From the NCBI GenBank assembly GCA_965214405.1, contig OZ243956.1, forward strand, positions 2,688,001-2,752,000: DNA of 64,000 nucleotides, given 5' to 3'. Numbering within the stretch: the stretch's first letter is position 1; every line of letters starts with the position of its first letter. The DNA comes from Trueperaceae bacterium. Lineage in GTDB: Bacteria; Deinococcota; Deinococci; Deinococcales; Trueperaceae. A model generated the notes under the pieces. It was not told the DNA's origin. It saw only the letters and a list, made by a program, of their open reading frames with translations, and searched no databases. Shown here piece by piece: positions 52,038 to 61,846 of this stretch. Both the position numbers and the translations under genes were made by a program.

Positions 52038-52748
52038 ATGACCGTTTTTGCACCTTCTAACTTTACCCAGTCCGGGAAAGGCTGGGCTGCGCCGCCCCAC
52101 GCGCCTCCGTCCCCTCTATGGCCCGCGTCATCCGGCTTCGTCCGCGACTACGCCAAAACCAGCCCCATCTTCTACAGCGGCGACGAGGTGACGGGGCTCT
52201 CGACCGTGGTGTCGGGTCTCGTCAAGCTCGTCCACCTCACCGAGGCGGGGCGCGAGATTACCGTGCGTCTGGCCGGGCCGGGCGACGTGCTCGAGCCCAA
52301 CTTCTTAGACAAAAACGCGCGCCACAGCGCCGACGCGCACCCCGTCACGGCGTACGTCACGCTTAACCATGTGTCCCGCGACGTTTTTTTGCAAGGCCTG
52401 GGCCAGGGAGCCGGTCAGGAGGCGGGTCGGGGGGTGCCGCTCGAGCTTTTCCAAAGGGTGGCGCGGCAGCTCGCCTTGGCCGAGATGCGCGTGGCGTTTT
52501 CAACCTTGCCCATCAACCTGCGCGTCGTGTGGCTGCTGGGCTGGCTGAGCGGGCGCTTCGGGGTGCCGCGTCCTGGCGGCTGGACCGAACTCGCCTTGCC
52601 GCTGACCCACGACGACGTGGCGGGCATCGTCAACTCGACGCGGGTCACGGTCACGACGATGTTTAAGCAGTTGCGTGAGGAGGGGCGCTTGAGGGGCTCG
52701 AGGGGCCGCTATTTTGTTAGGAGATTGCCGCAGGGTTATCCGCACTAG
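52038..52748 (+). CDS. Crp/Fnr-family regulator
   Basis: GLVKL...GREIT..LAGPGD; HTH LTHDDVAGIVNSTRVTVT. Confidence 0.88.
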   Translation: MTVFAPSNFTQSGKGWAAPPHAPPSPLWPASSGFVRDYAKTSPIFYSGDEVTGLSTVVSGLVKLVHLTEAGREITVRLAGPGDVLEPNFLDKNARHSADAHPVTAYVTLNHVSRDVFLQGLGQGAGQEAGRGVPLELFQRVARQLALAEMRVAFSTLPINLRVVWLLGWLSGRFGVPRPGGWTELALPLTHDDVAGIVNSTRVTVTTMFKQLREEGRLRGSRGRYFVRRLPQGYPH

Positions 52749-52771
52749 CGGTTCAGATGTTATAGGCACTC

Positions 52772-52812
52772 GCAATTTTGTTCAAGACCCCATAATCCTG
52801 AACGGCTAAGCT
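52772..52812 (+). promoter_or_regulatory. 17-bp activator box plus -10 (copy 4)
   Basis: GCAATTTTGTTCAAGAC-18 bp-TAAGCT. Confidence 0.8.
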
Positions 52813-52962
52813 TTTATGTAAAGGCCAAAAAGGAGGTTTTAGAGCGCCCGTCAAACAGTATTCACAATATATCCGTGAAAAAGGCGGCGGCCCATCCGCG
52901 CGAGTGCCGTCGCTCGTGACCGCCGCCCACGCCCACCCCCACACGAACAGGAGCTAGACAGC

Positions 52963-54144
52963 ATGAACTTAACCCCAAAACGTTTTGCCCTTTTGATTCT
53001 CAGCTTTGTTTTTCTTACTGGTGTTACTTTCGCTCAAGAGGAGGGCGGCAACGACGACGACGTCGCCCCCGCGCCCGCTTCGATTGGCGCGGACGTGCCC
53101 CTGACCTATTTTGGTCCCGCACCCTCGCAGGTGCAGCGCGAACTCATCGGGCCGTACCAGCTTCTCAAGGCGGGAACGGTCGATCTAGAAGCCGGGACCG
53201 TCACGCTGCCCTTGTACCGGGGACAGATGGCCTCGGGTGAATCCGTCTGGTACATCGTGACCGACACCAACGACGAAGCCAACGCGGCGGCCTTGGGTCT
53301 CAACCATTCGTCCAAGCTCACCTACGCCAACGTCGGGCGCGGGGCGCGGACGGCGCGGCTCGAGCCCGACGCCTCCTTGACCTTTATGCAGGGCACCGTG
53401 GACTTTTCGCCCGAGCACGTGCTCACCCCCGGCGAGGCCCCCAACTTCTTCCCGCCCGCCGAATTCCAACCCGGCTCGGTCGGCGACGAGGACTACAGCC
53501 CGCTGGTCATGATCGAGAACGCGGGCGGCTACGTCTACAACGCGCCTATAGTCGCGTTTGACGTTGAAGCCGAAGAACTCAACTTTTGCAACGGCGACGT
53601 CGACTATGGTCTCGTTCACGACAAGGTCCTGAACATCTGTCCGCAAGAGCAGACGGTGACCTTGGCGCTCACCCCCGGCTTCTCCTTCGCCCGCCCCAAC
53701 CTCTACCTCAGTATGGACTCGAACAATCCGCTCGCCGCCACCCTGGAAGCGGTCACGCTCGCGCCCGGCTTAGACGACATCACCGTGGGCCGCGACGATT
53801 CATTCACAAGCGCGGTCGAGCGCATCTTCGTCTTTACCAACGGCCACACAGGCGCGGACAACCCGCACCGCCAGGGCCTTAACAGCGCGATTAGCGACGG
53901 GCGCAGCGCGCTCAACGTTCTGGGCGGTATCCCCACCATCGCCACCGACTATAGCCCCCTGTGGGACATGAATTTGGGCGAGTGGACGCAAGAGGCGATT
54001 GACGCGGGCTACCGGAGTCGGCTCATCGAGGAGTTCCAGATTTTGGGCTTCGTCGTAGACGGCTGGGTCACGGGGCCGGGCGGCGAGCCTTACGGCTCGG
54101 TCGGCATCATCGTCAACTGCCCCATTGTTTTCCGCTTTCTCTAA
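52963..54144 (+). CDS. Secreted hypothetical protein (duplicated DYSPL motif)
   Basis: Signal peptide ending TFA; VTLPLYRG...WYIVTD; DYSPLV and DYSPLW; VNCP. Confidence 0.8.
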   Translation: MNLTPKRFALLILSFVFLTGVTFAQEEGGNDDDVAPAPASIGADVPLTYFGPAPSQVQRELIGPYQLLKAGTVDLEAGTVTLPLYRGQMASGESVWYIVTDTNDEANAAALGLNHSSKLTYANVGRGARTARLEPDASLTFMQGTVDFSPEHVLTPGEAPNFFPPAEFQPGSVGDEDYSPLVMIENAGGYVYNAPIVAFDVEAEELNFCNGDVDYGLVHDKVLNICPQEQTVTLALTPGFSFARPNLYLSMDSNNPLAATLEAVTLAPGLDDITVGRDDSFTSAVERIFVFTNGHTGADNPHRQGLNSAISDGRSALNVLGGIPTIATDYSPLWDMNLGEWTQEAIDAGYRSRLIEEFQILGFVVDGWVTGPGGEPYGSVGIIVNCPIVFRFL

Positions 54145-54163
54145 GTTTTACCAATCTCTCGAT

Positions 54164-54195
54164 ACCCCGGAACTCGGTTTCCGGGGTGTTTTTTT
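54164..54195 (+). terminator. Rho-independent terminator
   Basis: ACCCCGGAA-CTCGGT-TTCCGGGGT then G and T7. Confidence 0.8.
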
Positions 54196-54209
54196 AGTAA
54201 GGAGACCTG

Positions 54210-55601
54210 ATGAACCGACCTGTGAAAAGGATGCGGGTCCTTTTGGCGCTACTTGCTCTGTCTTTGACTCTGCCTTTCAACCTATCTTTTGCTCAGTCTC
54301 TTGACGTGTCTGCGGGACACGCCCAAGACGCCGCCTTTGTGAACGAGTGGATGACGCTGCTTTACGCCCGCGTCAAGGGCGAGAGCGTCACGCCGCCCGT
54401 CGCCGCCCGCGTATTCGCTTACACCGGCCTTACCATGAACGAAACGCTCGCCGTGCTGGGTGAGGCGGGTTCGCTCGAGCCCAAGATGCGGGCGGGCTTA
54501 GCGCTTCCCCAACCCGACCCCGCCCAGACGTACGACACCCTCACCGTCATGAGCGCCGCACTCCATACGGTGACGTCGGGGCTTATGAGGGAGAACAGCG
54601 AGATGTGGCAGCCGTTTGCGATAAGCGCCCTCGAGACCAAACGCGCCCTCTCCGCCTTGCACGCTGAACAAGTTGCGGCAATGCGGGAGGAAGCGGGAGA
54701 CGAGACTTTAAGCGCGTCGCTCGGGCTAGGCGCGGAGATTGGGGGGGCGGTGCTTACCTGGGCCGAAACGGACGGGTTTGCCGACGCGCGTGACGCCATG
54801 TACGCCTCCTCCGCCGACCTTGCCGCCGCTCACGCTGAAGATGCGTCCCTATGGACGTCGCGCGGCGCGGGGCGCACGCCGATTCAGCCTTTTTGGGGAC
54901 AGGTCGCGCCGCTAATCACTCCTCCCGAGGCCTGCCACGTGCCTCTGGGCATGGCCTTCGACCTCACCCCCGGCTCCGCCTTTTACGCGCAGCTCACGGA
55001 AGTCCATGAGACCTCGCAGACGTTGAGCGAGGACGAACGCGACGCGGCCTACTTCTGGGACGACGAGCCCGTCGAGACGGGCACCATCGGCGGGCATTTT
55101 CTGATGCTCGGCGCGATGATGGTTGAGCGGCAAGCGCTGAGTTTACCCGACGCCGCCAGGCTTTACGCTGTGCTCGGCACCGCGCTCCACGACGCCTTCA
55201 TCTCGGCATGGTGGTCAAAGTACGAAGTCATGCTGGTCAGGCCCGAAACGCTCATCCGCGAGACGCTTGACCCCGACTGGCGGCCCCTCTTGCAAACGCC
55301 CAACTTCCCCGAGTACCCCTCGGGTCACGCGGTGGCGGGCGCGGCTGCCGCCGAGGTGCTGACGCACGCTTTTGGCGAGGTGGCTTTCAGCGACCCCTAC
55401 GGCGTGCGGAATTCGCGCAGCGGGTTTGCGGCGCACGACCAAGAAGCCATGACCCGCGCTTTTACGTCGTTTCGTGACGCGGCCCTGGAGAACGCGGCCT
55501 CGAGGCTCTACGGCGGCGTCCATTACCGCGTCGCGGCGGAACACGGGATGACGCAGGGCGAATGCGTGGCGCGGCGTGTGCTGGACGAGTTAGCGCCTTA
55601 G
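54210..55601 (+). CDS. Secreted vanadium-dependent haloperoxidase-like protein (PAP2 superfamily)
   Basis: DAFISAWWSKY...RP, TPNFPEYPSGHA, SRLYGGVHY vanadate/phosphate-binding motifs; signal peptide. Confidence 0.87.
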   Translation: MNRPVKRMRVLLALLALSLTLPFNLSFAQSLDVSAGHAQDAAFVNEWMTLLYARVKGESVTPPVAARVFAYTGLTMNETLAVLGEAGSLEPKMRAGLALPQPDPAQTYDTLTVMSAALHTVTSGLMRENSEMWQPFAISALETKRALSALHAEQVAAMREEAGDETLSASLGLGAEIGGAVLTWAETDGFADARDAMYASSADLAAAHAEDASLWTSRGAGRTPIQPFWGQVAPLITPPEACHVPLGMAFDLTPGSAFYAQLTEVHETSQTLSEDERDAAYFWDDEPVETGTIGGHFLMLGAMMVERQALSLPDAARLYAVLGTALHDAFISAWWSKYEVMLVRPETLIRETLDPDWRPLLQTPNFPEYPSGHAVAGAAAAEVLTHAFGEVAFSDPYGVRNSRSGFAAHDQEAMTRAFTSFRDAALENAASRLYGGVHYRVAAEHGMTQGECVARRVLDELAP

Positions 55602-55631
55602 TCTCTCCTCGAGAAGCGCCCAGCAGCGCCC

Positions 55632-55673
55632 GCAACTTCGTTCAAGACCCCCGCGGTGTGAGAATTTTACACT
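55632..55673 (+). promoter_or_regulatory. 17-bp activator box plus -10 (copy 5)
   Basis: GCAACTTCGTTCAAGAC-19 bp-TACACT. Confidence 0.8.
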
Positions 55674-55821
55674 GACCTTCGCAGCATCTCAGGGAGGTAA
55701 CGATTGACGGCTCGAACCCAAGTGACGCGTGTGTATAAGTTTTGACGGCGGCAAAAAAGTGCCCCAAAGGGTGTTAACGGCACCCCTGGGGCAAAGACAT
55801 CCCCTCGGAAAGGAATATCGC

Positions 55822-58020
55822 ATGTACTCTATCAGAACGTTTCGTGTGGTACCAAAATTTGCACGTTTGTTGGGCCTGTGTTTATCTTTGAGTTTATCTC
55901 TGGGTTTTGCACAGCAAACAGGCGGAACCAACCAGACTCAAAATCAAACAAACCAAAACCAGGCGGCGCAATCACGGATGACGATGGCCTTTGAAAGCTC
56001 CCAGGCGGAGTTTCGCATCGCCAGCACGCTCGACACGCTCGTGGCGGACGACGAGAGCCAGACGACCGTCTTGGCGCTTCTCTCGACGGAAGACGGCAAC
56101 ACCATCACGGGCGAGCGGGTCCGCTTCGTGGTGCAGAGCGGCAACGCCTTTTTTGGCGACACCGGCAAGAGCGTGACCGTCGACGCCGAAGAGGTCGGTA
56201 ACGGCGTCTACGCGGCCCGCATGCGCGCGGGCAACGTCGAGGGACCCGTGACGGTGGCGGCCATCTGGGTGAGCGCGCCCGGCTCGACGCTGCCGCAGGT
56301 AACGACCTCGGTGGATTTGGTCACGGCGAACGACCTGACAGTTGAGGTTGAAGACGACGTGCTGCTAGACGACGGGCAGGACAACTCGACAATTATCGCC
56401 TACCTCAAAGACGGGCTCAACCGCCCCGTCAACAACGCCAACGTGACGTTTAGGTTGTTGCGCGGCTCGGGCACGCTCTCGCCCGTGGCGACGCGGGGCA
56501 GCAACGGGCGTTACGCGGCGGTCTATCAGGCGGGCACGACGACGGGCGACGCGGAGATCGAGGTGGCCCTGCCGACCAACACGCAGATGCTCCGCCAGAC
56601 CGTCACCATCAGCGTGGTCGAGGCGACCTCGCTCGAGGCCGAGGCCTTCCCCACGCAAATCGCGCGCCGCACGGACGACGGCGCCATCGAGCAGGCGCAC
56701 ACCTCCACCATTTTGGTGCCCGTCCGCGACGGCGACGGCGACTTGGTCCGCGGGCTCGGCGCGGGGGACTTGGTCGCGCAGGTGGTCAGCGGTCCGGGCA
56801 CCGTCATGGGTCCCGAGGAGGTCATCCTCGCCGACGGCAAGCGCGCGGGGGTTTATAAATTTACCTTCGCCTCGAGCGGCACCACCGGCTCCTCTACGGT
56901 TCGCGTGACCAACCTCTCCTCGCCCTCGCAAGTCTCGGCGGACGCCACGGTCGAGACCGTGACGCAAGTTAACCCGAGCCGCGTCAACAGCTTGCAGGTG
57001 CGCACCTACGCCGACGACCCCTTCTACGCCGACGGCGGCTCCGACGCGGCGTTTTTTCTCCTGGCGGCGGACCGCTCCGGCAACGCCGTGCCCAGCTTGG
57101 GCCGCGACCTAGACATCGACGTGGTCGGGGGCCAAGGCAGCGTGAGCGGCGTGGGCACCGAACTCGGTAACTTGGCCGCTCGCAGCGTCGGCTCGGGCAT
57201 TTATGTGGCGACCTACCGCTCGGGCTCGAGCGCGCTCGACACCAACGCGCAGCTCCGCGCCACCTTCGTGAATGACGACGGCACCATCATCACCGAGGAG
57301 ATGGACGTCAACGCGACGCCCCTCGGCTCGCCGCGCATCGTGATTTTCCCCGAGAGCATCCCGGCGGACCGGAGCGCGCTGGCGACCATCGACATTTTCG
57401 ACTTTGACGCGCGCAGCCTCTCGGACTTGCAGGCGGCGGGGCTCATGAATGTGCAGGCCGACTCGCGCTACCGCGTGAACTTAGTCAGCGGCCCCGGCAC
57501 GATTGAAGAGGGCGGCGCGCGCAACACCTACGACCTGGTGAGTAACGACAGCGTCAGCACCAGCGTCTTTGAGGTGGGCGGCACGCTGGCCGCCGGGTCG
57601 GACCAGAACGTCGACATCCGCGTGATCGACTTGGCGGCGTCGGGCTATCCCGCGACCGAGGCGTCGTTGGACTTGGGGCAAAATACGACGCTCGAGGCCG
57701 TCACGGTGCCCGAAATCGTCGACCAGGGCGACACGCTGGAGATTATCGTCTTCGCGTTTGACGAGTTCGGTAAGCCCGCCACGGGGCACGACCTGACCAT
57801 GACCGTCACCTCGGGGAGCGCGCAGGGGCTCAATAACGGGCGGCTTATCGACAACGGCTCGAGCGTCGAGGGCTACCGCGACCCCTTTGCGAACGACGGC
57901 ATGTACGTGGGCGCGTTGGCGGCCACGGGCGCGCAGGGCGACACCATCGACCTGACCATCACCGACCTGACCTCGCCCAATCAGCCCGAAACGACGCTGA
58001 CCATCACCGTCGGCGAATAG
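55822..58020 (+). CDS. Secreted multi-Ig-like (invasin/Big-1-like) domain protein
   Basis: Signal peptide; repeated L.ADG..., D..G.PV, V.SG.G and G.Y.A.Y..G units. Confidence 0.75.
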   Translation: MYSIRTFRVVPKFARLLGLCLSLSLSLGFAQQTGGTNQTQNQTNQNQAAQSRMTMAFESSQAEFRIASTLDTLVADDESQTTVLALLSTEDGNTITGERVRFVVQSGNAFFGDTGKSVTVDAEEVGNGVYAARMRAGNVEGPVTVAAIWVSAPGSTLPQVTTSVDLVTANDLTVEVEDDVLLDDGQDNSTIIAYLKDGLNRPVNNANVTFRLLRGSGTLSPVATRGSNGRYAAVYQAGTTTGDAEIEVALPTNTQMLRQTVTISVVEATSLEAEAFPTQIARRTDDGAIEQAHTSTILVPVRDGDGDLVRGLGAGDLVAQVVSGPGTVMGPEEVILADGKRAGVYKFTFASSGTTGSSTVRVTNLSSPSQVSADATVETVTQVNPSRVNSLQVRTYADDPFYADGGSDAAFFLLAADRSGNAVPSLGRDLDIDVVGGQGSVSGVGTELGNLAARSVGSGIYVATYRSGSSALDTNAQLRATFVNDDGTIITEEMDVNATPLGSPRIVIFPESIPADRSALATIDIFDFDARSLSDLQAAGLMNVQADSRYRVNLVSGPGTIEEGGARNTYDLVSNDSVSTSVFEVGGTLAAGSDQNVDIRVIDLAASGYPATEASLDLGQNTTLEAVTVPEIVDQGDTLEIIVFAFDEFGKPATGHDLTMTVTSGSAQGLNNGRLIDNGSSVEGYRDPFANDGMYVGALAATGAQGDTIDLTITDLTSPNQPETTLTITVGE

Positions 58021-58066
58021 AGGTCGGTGCTTTGTAAGTCCGCCCTACAGGTCTACCCAAGTCCGA

Positions 58067-58097
58067 GGAGAGGGACGCCGCGTGTCCCTCTCCCTTT
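58067..58097 (+). terminator. Rho-independent terminator
   Basis: GGAGAGGGAC...GTCCCTCTCC-CTTT. Confidence 0.7.
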
Positions 58098-58180
58098 CAA
58101 CCTTCTTAGACCCCCTTTCAAATCTAAGCTGTTACATCTCTTTCACATCTCCTTGTTCAACCTATGAACCTATCTAAGGA

Positions 58181-60250
58181 GTGAACTCCATGAACAGCCA
58201 CAAAACGCACCTCATCCTCCTGCTCGCTGCGGTGCTCCTCTGGAGCGCGTTGCTGGTCGGCGCGTCGAGGCAAGACCAAGCCGACAGCCCGGACGCGTTG
58301 CGCGACTTTATCGGTCAGCAGGTCGGCGGCTTAGAGAACCTGACGGTGCCGGAAGAGAACGCCGACCTGCCGGAGCCGCGGCTCGAGAGTGGCGGCCCGG
58401 ACCCGCAATTCGAGACCACCGAGGCCAAGCGCTACCTCGGCAAAATGCTCTTCTATGACCCGGTCCGGACGGTCAGAATCATGCCGGAGTTCGGCGGTTT
58501 GCCCGTCACGGCGTCGACCGCCTCTTGCGGTAGCTGTCACATGCCCGAGGCGGCGGGGAAAGCCGGTACGCTTCTCAACTTCGCCGTGGGCGGCGAAGGG
58601 CGGGGGTACCTAGACGCCGCGGGCAACTTTGTCCCGCGTAGGCGGCCTCGAGCCGAAGTCCCCATCCTACGCTCCACCCCGCTCTACCCCGGCGACACGC
58701 TCCAAGACGAGATCCCCACGCTCACCGACCTCTACGAGAACGCGGTGGGCACGCCCGCCAGGGGCCGCAAGCTGCCCGACCCCGGCGCGCTGGTGCGCAC
58801 GGGTCGCCTCGACGCGCTTGACAGCGTGGCCAGGAACGCCCCCACCATCATCGGCTCAGCCTATAACAACCGCCTCCTGTTGGGCGGGTTCGCGGGCGAG
58901 CCCGACACGTCGCCCGGCGGCCTCAACCCGTTCGGCTTCACCGCCGTGGAAAGCTTGACGCTCCTCCTGCTCGACGCGCACCGGATGCTGGAGGCCCAGG
59001 GGGCCGAACTTCAGAAGTACCCGACCTTTGAGAAGCTCTTCCGGGACGCGTTTCCCGAGGAGGCCGCGCAAGCGGACGCCGCCAACGACCCCAATCTGCT
59101 CATCAACGACCAAACCGTCATCCGCGCGACGGCGACCTTTTTGCGGACCGCGGTTTCACGCAACACGCCCTGGGACGCGTTTTTGGCCGGGGACAACGCT
59201 GCGCTGACGCCCGCCCAGCAGCGCGGCGCCGAGCTGTTCTTTACCTCCGCCCCGGCGGGCGGGGCCGGGTGCTACACCTGCCACAGCGGCCCCATGCTCA
59301 ACAAGCAAGTCGACGACCCCGACGTGGCCGGGGCGGGTCAATTTGTGGAGGAGAACTTCTACAACCTAGGCCTCGCCGACCACCCGCTCCAGGTCTTAAA
59401 CGTGGTGGAGAGAAACGAGCCCGACTACCGCGACAACGGACGCCAGGAGATTACCGGCCTCGCCGACGACGCCTTTAAGTTCCGCGTGCTGACGCTGCGG
59501 CAGCTTAGAGACGGCAAGTTTTACTTCCATAACAGTTCTTTTACGGACGTAAGGGACATCGTGGAGTATTTCAACGCGGGCGTGCCGCAAGACCCCTCTA
59601 CCGCCGCGGCGGGCACGCTCACGCCTCGCTTTACCAACCCCCGCGGACCCGGCTCGTCCCCCGGCTTAGGGCTTAGTGACGTTCAGGTGGACGACCTCAC
59701 CGATTTTCTCGTAAACGGTCTCTACGACCCGGCGCTCCTCGAGTACGACCCCGACTCGACCACAGAGACATTGGGACCGAACCCGGAGGACCTGACCTAC
59801 TCGGTCTACCGCCCCGACTTAGCGGCTCTGGGCGCGGTTGACGGACGGATGCCCAGCGGCCTGCCCCAATCGAACAACGACCCCCTGTCCCGGCGCGACA
59901 TGGGCTTAGAATTCCTCGACGTGACCCCGCAGATGGAGGTGGCGCTGCTCGACGCCAGCCGCGACCCCAGCAGCAACAGTCAGCGCGACGAGCATGAGTT
60001 CATCAACGATAGTGCGTCAATCATCGACACGCACCTGCTCGTCGTCGTCGAGGGTCTCGCGCCCGAAGTCACCCTGACGAACGCCAGCGGGGTCACGAGT
60101 GACGGCGAACCCTATCTGCGTGTGTTCTTGTCTGAGGGCGTTTTGCTTCCGACCTCGAGCGTCGTCAAAACCCTCCTCTTCGAGGGGATGCCCGAAGGCG
60201 CGCCGGTGACGTACACCCTTAAACTTCTCTCGGGGCAGGGCACCCCGTGA
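58181..60250 (+). CDS. Di-heme cytochrome c peroxidase / MauG-family protein with insertions and C-terminal extension
   Basis: LGKMLFYDP, CGSCH, RNAPT, RGAELF...CYTCHSGP, F.NLGL, KFRVLTLRQL...YFHN; signal peptide. Confidence 0.87.
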   Translation: MNSMNSHKTHLILLLAAVLLWSALLVGASRQDQADSPDALRDFIGQQVGGLENLTVPEENADLPEPRLESGGPDPQFETTEAKRYLGKMLFYDPVRTVRIMPEFGGLPVTASTASCGSCHMPEAAGKAGTLLNFAVGGEGRGYLDAAGNFVPRRRPRAEVPILRSTPLYPGDTLQDEIPTLTDLYENAVGTPARGRKLPDPGALVRTGRLDALDSVARNAPTIIGSAYNNRLLLGGFAGEPDTSPGGLNPFGFTAVESLTLLLLDAHRMLEAQGAELQKYPTFEKLFRDAFPEEAAQADAANDPNLLINDQTVIRATATFLRTAVSRNTPWDAFLAGDNAALTPAQQRGAELFFTSAPAGGAGCYTCHSGPMLNKQVDDPDVAGAGQFVEENFYNLGLADHPLQVLNVVERNEPDYRDNGRQEITGLADDAFKFRVLTLRQLRDGKFYFHNSSFTDVRDIVEYFNAGVPQDPSTAAAGTLTPRFTNPRGPGSSPGLGLSDVQVDDLTDFLVNGLYDPALLEYDPDSTTETLGPNPEDLTYSVYRPDLAALGAVDGRMPSGLPQSNNDPLSRRDMGLEFLDVTPQMEVALLDASRDPSSNSQRDEHEFINDSASIIDTHLLVVVEGLAPEVTLTNASGVTSDGEPYLRVFLSEGVLLPTSSVVKTLLFEGMPEGAPVTYTLKLLSGQGTP

Positions 60251-60385
60251 GCCCAAAACGAGGCTGACTATGACTTAATCATAACCGTCAGCGCGTAAGG
60301 CCACACGTTTTACGAACCTAAGGAGAGGGGCGCACACTCCTCTCCTTTACGCGTACACGTACCCGTACACCCATAAAGGAGCGAC

Positions 60386-60919
60386 ATGAACGTCCAAAAA
60401 ACAGACCTCACCTTCTTGCTCGCCATCACGCTCATCTGGACCCTTCTGCTCTTAGGCGCGTCGGCGCAAACGGACGAGGCCACAGCATCTAGCACAGCGT
60501 CCAACACGGAATCTAACACCGTACTCAGCACCGCGGCTGAGCTTTTCCCCTACTTGCAAGCGGGCACCTACCAAAGTTTTAGCGCCGAGTCCGCGCCGCA
60601 CGCGTCGGTTGGGGCGCACGGTTTGGTGCGGACCTTTGTGAACCCGATTTTGGAAGAGGCGTTGGCGGCGGGGAGCGCCACGCACCCGGCGGGCTCGGCG
60701 GCGGTCAAGGAGCTTTATGACGGGGGCGAGCTTGCGGGTTGGGCCGTCTACGTCAAGACGCAAGAGGATTCGGCGGGGGGTAGCGGGTTTTACTGGTACG
60801 AAGTCTCGAGCACCACCGACCCAACCCAGGTCGTTGCAGATGGCAACGGGGTGCAACCCTGCGTCGGCTGTCACGCCGCGGGTACAGATTTTACGCGGTC
60901 GGCTTATCCGCTTCAATAA
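60386..60919 (+). CDS. Cytochrome P460-like monoheme protein
   Basis: Signal peptide; HG.VRTFVN...P.GS.AVKELY...G.GFYWY...CVGCH near the C-terminus. Confidence 0.72.
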   Translation: MNVQKTDLTFLLAITLIWTLLLLGASAQTDEATASSTASNTESNTVLSTAAELFPYLQAGTYQSFSAESAPHASVGAHGLVRTFVNPILEEALAAGSATHPAGSAAVKELYDGGELAGWAVYVKTQEDSAGGSGFYWYEVSSTTDPTQVVADGNGVQPCVGCHAAGTDFTRSAYPLQ

Positions 60920-61045
60920 TTTCAAAAGTAGAGAATGCGAGTGCGCTGCTTAGAGCCAGACGTGCTGATAAACGCCGCAGTCTGCTCGAGGCCACCACCC
61001 ATGAGGTCATTCGGGTAGGCTAAGCTAAGCTCGAGAGGAGACACT

Positions 61046-61741
61046 ATGGGCACAACCGCGCTCGTTACCGGCGGCAACCGGGGCATCGGCCTTGAAGTCT
61101 GCCGCCAACTCGCACAAAAAGGTTACGCCGTCGTCCTCGGCTCGCGCGACGCGGCCAAAGGAGAGGCGGCGGCGAAGAGACTGAAGGGCGAAGGGCTCGA
61201 AATAACCGCTAAGCAACTCGACGTAACGGACGAAAAAACCTTACGCGACCTTTATGGGTGGGCCGAAAAAGAGTACGGACGCCTGGACGTGCTCGTCAAC
61301 AACGCGGGAACCGACTACGACACCGACCAAAACGTCCTCACCGCCGACTTGGACCGGGTGAGGCGGGCCTTTGGCGTGAACACGCTCGGGCCGTGGCGGG
61401 TAGCGCAGACTTTCATGCCGCTTCTCAAAAAAAGCGCGCATGGACGCTTGGTAAACGTCTCCTCCGGCGCGGGCTCTTTACACAGCATGTCGGGCGGCAC
61501 GCCTGCTTACAGCCTCTCCAAAGCCGCATTGAACGCGCTCACGCTGATGCTCGCAGCCGAACTCAAGGGGAGCGGGATTTTGGTCAACGCCGTGTGTCCG
61601 GGTTGGGTGGCAACCGACATGGGCGGCGCGGGCGGACGCCCCGTGGAAGAGGGCGCGGCGAGCGTGGTCTGGGCCGCTACCTTGCCCGACGACGGGCCGA
61701 CGGGCGGGTTTTTTCGGGACGGGAAGCGAGTGGACTGGTAA
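61046..61741 (+). CDS. SDR-family oxidoreductase (carbonyl reductase-like)
   Basis: TGGNRGIG, LVNNAG, YSLSK, CPGWVATDMGG. Confidence 0.93.
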   Translation: MGTTALVTGGNRGIGLEVCRQLAQKGYAVVLGSRDAAKGEAAAKRLKGEGLEITAKQLDVTDEKTLRDLYGWAEKEYGRLDVLVNNAGTDYDTDQNVLTADLDRVRRAFGVNTLGPWRVAQTFMPLLKKSAHGRLVNVSSGAGSLHSMSGGTPAYSLSKAALNALTLMLAAELKGSGILVNAVCPGWVATDMGGAGGRPVEEGAASVVWAATLPDDGPTGGFFRDGKRVDW

Positions 61742-61846
61742 GGGGCCTTCCGCTTGTTACGCGTTTCTAAAAGAGCCCGTCTCCGAGAGGCAAATACCCT
61801 GCTGGCCTCGCGTGGGACACCTTCTGCCGGTATACCCGCGTCCACC

